Positions 19,601-28,600 of a stretch of DNA of 28,777 nucleotides are shown one piece after another. Source of the stretch: an uncultured bacterium (GTDB lineage Bacteria > Acidobacteriota > Thermoanaerobaculia > Multivoradales > JAHZIX01); contig CBDUPA010000039.1 in NCBI GenBank assembly GCA_965368975.1, positions 1-28,777 of the forward strand. Direction: 5' to 3'. Under the pieces are notes generated by a model that saw only the letters and a list, made by a program, of their open reading frames with translations, did no database searches and was not told the DNA's origin. The position numbers and the translations under genes were made by a program. Within the stretch, counting starts at the first letter, position 1. Each line of letters opens with the position of its first letter.

Positions 19601-22600
19601 AGCACCTCGACGACGTGACGCTGGCCAGCGAGATCGACTGGTGGCGTCCGCGGCTCGCTGGCGCACCGCCGCTGGAACTGCCGCTCGATCGGCCACGGCC
19701 GGCGATGCAGACGTTCCGAGGCGCCGAGGTGCGCTTCCACCTGCCCGCGCCGCTCACCTCGGCACTGAGCAAACTCGGCCGTGGCACCAGTGCGACCCCT
19801 TTCCAGACCTTCACCGCCGCGCTGCAGTTGCTCCTCGGCCGTCTCGCCGGCCAGCGCGACGTGGTCCTCGGCACGCCGGTCGCCGGCCGCTCGCACCGTG
19901 AGTTGGAGCCGCTGCTCGGCATGTTCGTCAACACCGTCGCCCTGCGGTCCCAGCTCGACCCGGCCCAGGGCTTCCCCGCCTTGCTGAACGACGTCCGCCA
20001 CACAACCCTCGAAGCCTTCGCGCACCAGGAGGTGCCATTCGAGAAGCTGGTCGACACCCTGCAGCCGACCCGCGACCTCAGCCGCAACCCGATCTTCCAG
20101 GTGCTCTTCGCCCTGCAGAGCCCGGAGCCATTGCCCCGGCTGGGCACGGCGACGCTGGAACCGCTGCACGTCGAATTGCCGGTCACCCACCTGGACCTCG
20201 AAATCCATCTACGTCCCGCGGCGGCAATCTCGGGCAACGCTGGGTCCGAGGGTGAGCATGACGGCGGCTACGACGGGGGCTACGACGGTAGCCTGCTGTT
20301 CGACCGCGACCTCTTCGACCGCAGCACCATCGAGCGCCTGGCGAGCACGTTGGAGACCTTGCTGCAGGCACTCGTCGCGGCACCGGAACGGCCGGTGGGT
20401 GCACACGATCTGCTCAGCGAGGCGCAGCGGCGGCAACTGCTGGAAGTCCCCGCGCACACAGGGCAGACAGGGCAGTCACAGTGGGGTGCCCCACCCAGCG
20501 AAGAGGCGCTCATCCCGCGCTTCCTGGACGCCGCCCGCCGCTTCCCCGACGCCATCGCGGTGGTCGACGAAGACGGCCACGCGCTGACCTACGCCGGCCT
20601 GCGCCAGCGGGCGGCACGGCTGGCACGACGCCTGCGACGCCAGCAGGTCGGACGCGGGGACGTCGTCGCGGTACGCCTGGATCGCAGCGTCGAGCTGCCG
20701 GCGGCCCTCCTCGCCGTGCTGGCTACCGGCGCCGCGTATCTGCCGGTCGACCCGTCGTTGCCGCCGGCCCGCCGTAGCTACCTGCTCGAAGACAGCGGCG
20801 CTCGCTGGCTCATAGTTCAGACAGGCGCAGTTCAGACAGGCGCAGTTCAGACAGGCGCAGTTCAGACGCTCGCAGGTCAGGCACCCGTGCAAACACCCGA
20901 AGACGCCCGTGTCCTGCACGACGAGCTGCCGGCCGGCATCCAGGTCGTCGATCTCGGCAGCCGCCCGGACATCAGCCGCACGAGGAGTTCGGACCTCGAC
21001 GCCACCCGACCCGACGGACCGGCCTTCGACCTGGACGTCAGCGGCGACGACCTGGCTTACCTGATCTACACCTCCGGCTCCACCGGCCTGCCCAAGGGCG
21101 TGGCTGTGCGGCAGGCCGGCGCCGTCGCCTTCCTCGACGCCATGGCGGCCGAGCTGCGACCGCAGCCGCTCGAGGCCTTGGTGGCGGTGACCACGGTGTC
21201 GTTCGATATTTCGGTGCTGGAGATCTTCGGCCCGCTGCTCAGCGGCGGCCGCGTCGAGCTGGCGTCGAGTGCCACGGCCGGAGACGCGCGACGTCTGGCC
21301 GATCGCCTGGCCACGGCCGGAGCCGCACGCATGCAGGCAACGCCGGCTACCTGGCGGTTGTTGCTCGATGGTGGCTGGGGAAGCGACCCGGAAATCAGGC
21401 CCGTGCCGACCGGCCTGGACATCCTGTGCGGCGGCGAACCCCTACCGGTGGACCTCGCCGAACGGCTGCTGCGCCTGCCAGCGGGCGGCTTGTGGAACCT
21501 CTACGGCCCCACCGAGACGACGGTATGGTCGAGCGTCAAAGCCTATGCCCCAGCGGAACCAGGTCAGAAAGACCCGCTGCGCATTACCATCGGTCGAGCC
21601 CTGGCTGGCGAAGTGCTACGCCTGCGCGAACGCCTGACGGCCTTCCCGGGACCCGAGGCCGTGATCGGTACACCCGCCGAGCTGTGCATCACCGGCGCCG
21701 GCCTGGCGCGCGGGTACCACCGGCGGCCCGCCCTCACCGCCACCGCCTTCGTCCCTGATCCCGACGGTCACGACGCGCACGGTGCCCGCCTCTACCGCAC
21801 CGGCGACCTGGCGCGCCGCCGCGCCAACGGCGAGATCGAGCACCTCGGCCGACTCGACCACCAGGTCAAGGTGCGCGGCTTCCGCATCGAGCTGGGCGAG
21901 ATCGAGGCGACGCTGGAAAGCCACCCGGACGTCACCGCCGCGGTGGTCGTGGCGCGGGACTTCGGTGCGGGCGAGACGGCGGCAGGGGACGTGCGGCTGG
22001 TGGCCTACGTGATGGGGGTACTCGACCCAGACGCCCTGCGCGACCACCTGCGGCAGACGCTGCCGGACTACATGGTTCCGTCGCACTTCGTCGACCTCGA
22101 CGCGCTGCCGCTGACGCCGGCCGGCAAGGTCGACCGCAAGGCCCTGATGACCCGTGAGCTGACGGTCACCGCAGCCGGCGGTGCCGAGTACCGCCCCCCG
22201 GTCAGCCAGTTGCAGCAAGAGCTGGCCGCCGTGTGGAGCGAGCTCCTGGGCGTTGAGAGCGTGGGCCTGGACGACGACTTCTTCCGCCTCGGCGGACACT
22301 CGCTGCTGGCCACGCGCGTCGTGTCGCAACTGCGCCAGCGGCTGGACGTCGAGTTGCCGGTGCACGAACTCTTCCAGCACCCCGGCCTGGAAGCCCTGGC
22401 GGCGCGCGTCAAACAGCTGCGACAAGGGACGTCCTCGGCTCCGGCTGCAGACCTGCCGCTGGAACCGCGCCCGGTGGCCGCGACGGCCAGCGGCGAACGA
22501 GACGCCGAAGAGCTCGAACCCTCGTTCGCCCAGCAACGTCTGTGGTTCCTCGAACGCCTGACGCCAGACAACCCATTCTACGTCATGCCCACCGCCTGGC

Positions 22601-25600
22601 AGTTGCACGGTGACCTCGAGCCACGACGCCTCCACGACGCCTTCGCCGCGATCATCGAACGGCACGAGAGCCTGCGTACCTGCTTCCCCGAGCGCCGCGA
22701 CGGTCCGGTCCAGCGCATCTCCCAGCAGGTATGCCTGCCCTTCGCGCACCTCGACCTGCGGCGCTTGCCCGCGACGGCACGGCAACACGAGGCCGAACGC
22801 CTGGCCGCGCGCGAGGCGATGATCGTCTTCGACCTGGCGCGGGGTCCCTTGATTCGAGTACGCCTGATCGACCTGGGAGCTGCACCAGGAGACCCGAACA
22901 GCCAGCAGCGACACGTGCTGCTGCTCAGCCTGCACCACATCATCGCCGACGGCTGGTCGGTCGGCGTGCTCTTGCGCGAGTTGCTCACCCTCTACGGCGG
23001 CGGCACGCTGGAGCCCCTGCCCGTCCAATATGCCGACTTCGCCGCCTGGCAACGACGCCTGCTGGCCTCGCCCTCGGGCACCGAGGGCTCAACCGTGCGC
23101 GACGTGCAGCTGGCCTGGTGGCGCGAACGCCTGAGCGACCCGTCGCAGCTGGAGTTGCCGCTCGATCGCCCGCGCCCGTCGGTACAGAGCTACCGCGGTG
23201 GCCAGCTGCCGTTCCACGTGCCGACACCACTGGTCCATCGCCTGCTCGACCAAGCCCACGATGCTGGCGGCACCCTGTTCATGGTCCTGCTCAGCGCCTT
23301 CGGCAGCCTGCTCAGCCGGCTCAGCCACCAGCGCGACCTGATCCTCGGCACTACCATCGCCAATCGCAACCGCGCCGAGATCGAAAGCTTGATCGGCTTC
23401 TTCGCCAACAGCCTGGCGCTGCGGCTCGACCTGCCCCCCGCGCAGACGGGGCGCGAACTGCTGGCGCAGGTGCGCGAGACCACCGTCGGTGCCTACGACC
23501 ACCAGGACCTGCCCTTCGAACAGCTGGTGCAGGAGCTGCAGCCGGACCGCAACCTGAACCGCAACCCGCTGTTCCAGGTCGTGCTGACGCTGCAGACCGA
23601 GGCCGCGCTCAGCGGCGACGCCGGCGGCGTCCACTTCGACGAAACCGCCTTCGAGCTGCAAGCCACGCGCTCGGACCTGGAACTCGAGTTCTGGCACCAC
23701 GGCGAGCGCCTGCACGGCCTGATGCTGTTCGACCGCGACCTGTTCGACGCCACCACCGTGCGGCGCTGGATCGACCACTTCTTGTGCCTGCTGTCGACCG
23801 CCGCCGAGCGTCCCGACGCCGCCACCGCCGAAATGCCCCTGCTGCCGGCCGCGCAGCGTCACCAGCTGCTGCACGAGTGGAATCCGCCGGCTCGAACCGA
23901 CGCCGGCCGCGCGCTGCCCACCACTCCCGAGGCCCGCTTCGCCGACCACGCCGCCGCCACGCCACACCGCGTCGCCGTGGTCTATGGTCAGCAGCACCTG
24001 AGCTACGGCGAGTTGCACCGTCGTGCCAGCGAGCTGGCCGCCGAGCTGCGCGGCCACGGCGCCGGTCCCGAGCGCATCATCGGCCTGTGCTTGCCGCGGA
24101 GCCTCGAGCTGGCGACCGCCATCGTCGGCACCTTGCAGACCGGAGCCGCCTATCTGCCGCTCGACCCGGCCTACCCCGAGGAGCGGCGTCAGTTCAGCCT
24201 GGAAGATGGCGGCGCGGAGGTGTTGGTCAAGTTGGAGGGCGGACACCTCCGAGTTTCGGCCTCCGGTGTAGGGGCGGCACCCCACGGTGGGGTGCCCCTA
24301 GATCAGAGTGGATCAAGGTCGGCAATGCGGGCCTGTGCCCCCAACCTCGCCTACCTGCTCTACACCTCCGGCTCCACCGGCCGTCCCAAGGGCGTGCTGA
24401 TCACGCGCCACAACATCGTCCGCTTGCTCGACCAGACCGACGCCTGGTTCGGCTTCGGACCGCGCGACGTGTGGACGCTCTTCTTCTCCTACGCCTTCGA
24501 CTTCAGCGTCTGGGAGTTCTGGGGCGCCCTCGCCTACGGTGGCCGATTGGTGGTGGTGCCGTACCTGGTCAGCCGCGAGCCGGCACGCCTCCACCGGCTG
24601 CTCGAGCAGCAGCGCGTGACCGTGCTCAACCAGACGCCGTCCGCCTTCCGGCCACTGATCGAAGCCGACGCGGACGCCGGTACGCCGTCACTGGCGCTGC
24701 GCAAGGTGATCTTCGGTGGTGAGGCGCTGGATCCGGCGTCGCTGCGCTCGTGGATCGAACGGCGGGGTGACGAGAGACCGCACCTGGTCAACATGTACGG
24801 CATCACCGAGACCACCGTGCACTCCACGCACCGGCGCATGCGGCGCGCGGATATCGTCCGCGCCGACGCACCGAGCCTGGTCGGTCCAGCGATTCCCGAC
24901 CTGCGCCTGTACGTGCTCGACCGCCAGCTACGACCGGTACCCACAGGAGTGTTCGGCGAGCTGTACGTCGGTAGTAGCGGTACGGACGGGGGCCTGGCCC
25001 GCGGGTATCACGGACGACCGTCGTTGACTGCACAGCGGTACCTGCCCGACCCATTTGTCGGTGCAGGTTCTGCAACCAAGGATGGGGGTGAGGGTTCTTC
25101 AGCAAGAATGTATCGATCCGGCGACCTGGTGCGCTTCCGCGCCGACGGCGACGTGGAATACCAGGGCCGCGCCGACCAGCAGGTCAAGATTCGCGGCTTC
25201 CGCATCGAGCTGGGTGAGATCGAGGCGGCGCTGCGCGACCAGCAGGGCGTCAGCGAAGCAGTGGTGCTGGTGCGCCCCGTGGCCGGCGACGACCAGCTCG
25301 TCGCCTACCTGGTGCCCGCTGCCTACCAGACTGGCGCGGCGCAGGTGCAAGACGAGGTCGCAGCGGAGCCAGAAGCCGACGGCGGAGAGCACCGCGAGCG
25401 CTACGTCGACCACTGGCAGACGATCTACGAAGAGACCTACCAGGAACCCAGCGCCGAAGACCTGGACCGCGAGTACGACTTCTCGGGCTGGAACAGCTCC
25501 TACACCAGCGAGGCCATCCCGCACGCCGAAATGGTCGAGTGGGCCGACGCCACCGTCGACCGACTGCGCGGCTTCCTGCGCGAACTCGGCCGGCCGCCGC

Positions 25601-28600
25601 GCATCCTCGAGATCGGCTGCGGCAGCGGCCTGATCCTGCTGCGCTTGGCGCCGGAAAGCGAGTGCTACGTCGGCGTCGACTTCTCGACCACCGTGCTGCG
25701 CACCGTGGGTGCCAAAGTCGCGCACCGCGGCATCGAAGGCGTGACGCTGCACCAGAGCACCGCTGACCGCATCGGCGACCTGCCCGCTGAGCTGCGCTCT
25801 CCTGCCTCCTCTGACGCAGGTGCGGGCTTCGATGCGGTGATCATCAACTCGGTGATCCAGTACTTCCCGGGCGCCGACTACCTGGTACAGGTGATGGAGG
25901 GCGCGGCGCCGCTGCTCGGCGAGCAAGGCTTCTTCTTCCTCGGCGACCTGCGCAGCCTGCCCATGCTCGACTCCTTCTGCGCCTCGGTGCAGCTGTACAA
26001 GGCCGAAGACCAGTTGCCGGTACGCCAGCTGCGCGAACGCATGCGCCGCCAGCGGCTGCACGAGGAAGAGCTGGTGCTCGACCCAGCCCTCTTCGCCGCC
26101 TTCCAGTGCCGCCACCCGGACTTCGACGAGCTGCGCGTGCTACCCAAGCACGGCAGCTGGCACAACGAGCTGACGCGCTTCCGCTACGACGTCCTGTTAC
26201 GTCGCCAGCGGGCGGCCCCAGCGTCGACCACGAGTTCTAGCCTCGACTGGCAACACCTCGACTGGCAGCGTGACGGCCTCAGCCTCGCCGAACTGCACCG
26301 GCGCCTCGCGCTCCCAGCGGGAACAGCGTCGACACCCGAGCCAGCCTCGCCGATGCCGGCGCTGGTCGTCCGCGGTATCCCCAACGCCCGCCTGGCGCGC
26401 GAGAACGAGCTGCTGCAACTGCTGCAGGAAGACGAAGTCCACACCGTCGGTGAGTTGCGCCAGCACTTGGCGGCGCCACACGAACGTATCGCGGTCGACC
26501 CGCAAGAGCTGTGGCAGTGGCAGGACGAACTGCCCTACGACATCTACCTCGACTGGAGCCGTCACGGCCGCGAGGGCAGCTTCAGTGCTCTCTTCTTGCG
26601 GCGGCAGACCAGTGGCGCCCCGGGAACTGACGCGAGTCTGAATGTCGCCGACCTGTTCACCGCCCCCACCCTGCGCCTCGACACCCCGCTCGGTCCCGAC
26701 ACCCCCAACGCGCAGGTACCGTGGCACCAGTTCGCCAACGATCCGCTGCGCGGTCAGGTGACGGCACAGCTGATCCCGGCCGTGCGGCGCGCTCTGGCCG
26801 ACCGTCTGACCGCCGCCATGCTGCCCGCCGCCTACGTGGTGCTCGACAAGCTGCCACTGACCCCCAACGGCAAGCTCGACCGCAAGGCGCTGCCCGACGC
26901 CGACCCCGACCGACCGCTCGACGCCGGCGACCTGGTGGCCCCGCGCACGCCGCTCGAAACCACGCTCGCCCAGCTGTGGACCGAGCTGCTGGGCGTCGCG
27001 GCGGTGGGTATCGAAGACAGCTTCTTCGACCTCGGCGGTCACTCGCTGCTGGCCACGCAGCTGATGTCGCGCGTGCGCGATGCGCTGAGCGTCGAGCTAC
27101 CGCTACGCGTGCTCTTCCTCAACCCCACCGTCGCCGGGCTGGCAACGGCGATCGAGGCGCTCCGCGCCGAGCAGGGGGAAACCGGACCGGAGGGCGACAC
27201 GAGTGCCGGCGGCAGCGATCTCAGCCACAGCCTGCCACCGATCCGACCGCGGCCGGAAACGGACAGCGACTACCTGCCCGTCTCCTTCATCCAGGAACGG
27301 CTGTGGTTCATGGACCGCTTGCACCCCGGCAATCCGGCCTACAACATCTCACTGCCCTGGCACGTCGACGGCCCGCTGGACCCACGGCGTCTGCACAACG
27401 CCCTCGCCGGCATCGTGCAGCGCCACGAGATCCTGCGCGCCTGCTTCGAGCCCGGCGACGAACCCTTGCTGCGTCTCACGCCGAACGTCAACGTACCGCT
27501 CGCGGTCGTCGACCTGCAGGGCCTGGACCCGGCAGTGGCCCAAGCACAGGCGGACCGGCTGGGCGACGTCGAGCAGCACCAGTCGATGTGGCTCGATCAG
27601 GCACCGCTGGTGCGCGCCATCCTGGTACGCCGCCCAGAAGATGATGAGGGTCGACCCAAGGGCTCCTTGCTGCTGACCCTGCACCACATTGCCTGCGACG
27701 GCTGGTCGCTCGACATCCTGGCCCACGAGCTGCGCACGCTGTACGCCGAGCCGGCGAGCCCAGATCTGGGCGAGCTGCCCGTCCTGCCAGAGCTACCCGT
27801 CCAGTACGCCGACTACGCCACCTGGCAGCGCCACTGGCTGAGCGGCAACGCCCTCGACCACCAGCTCGAGTACTGGCGTCACCAGCTCGCGGGCACCCGC
27901 ATGCTCGAGCTGCCACTCGACCGACCCCGGCCGCCGCTGCAGCGTTTCGAAGGCCGCTGCCATGCCTTCGAATTGCCGCGCCAGGATCTCGATCCCGTGC
28001 TCGCCGCCGCCCGAAGCCAAGGCGCCACCGGCTTCGTCACCTTCTTCGCCCTCTACGCGCTGCTCCTCGGCCGCCAGAGCAGCCAGGAAGATGTCGTGCT
28101 CGGCACGCCGGTAAGCAGCCGCAACCGCACCGAGATCGAAGGTCTGATCGGTTGCTTCGTCAACACCCTGGCGCTGCGCCTCGCGCTCACCACGGCGACC
28201 TTCGGCGACCTGCTCGACCACGCCCGCGACGTCGCCGTCGAAGCCTTGAGTCACCAGGATCTTCCCTTCGAGCTACTGGTCGAGCACCTGCACCCGCACC
28301 GCGATCTGAGTCGCAACCCGATCTTCCAGGTCATCCTCGGCGTCCATGACGACCCCGAGCCGCCGCCCCTGGGCGACGCACGGGTCAGCCTGGCGCAGAC
28401 CGAGACCGCGGCCGTGCGCTTCGACCTCGAACTACACCTGTGGAAGCGCGGCGACGGCAGCCACTACGCCACCCTGCTCTACGACGCCGACCTGTTCGAC
28501 GACACCACCATCCACCGCTTCGAGCGCCGCTTCCTGCGTCTGCTGGACGAGCTGCGTCGCACCCCGGAGCAGCCACTGCGCCACCTGCAGCTCCTCGACG

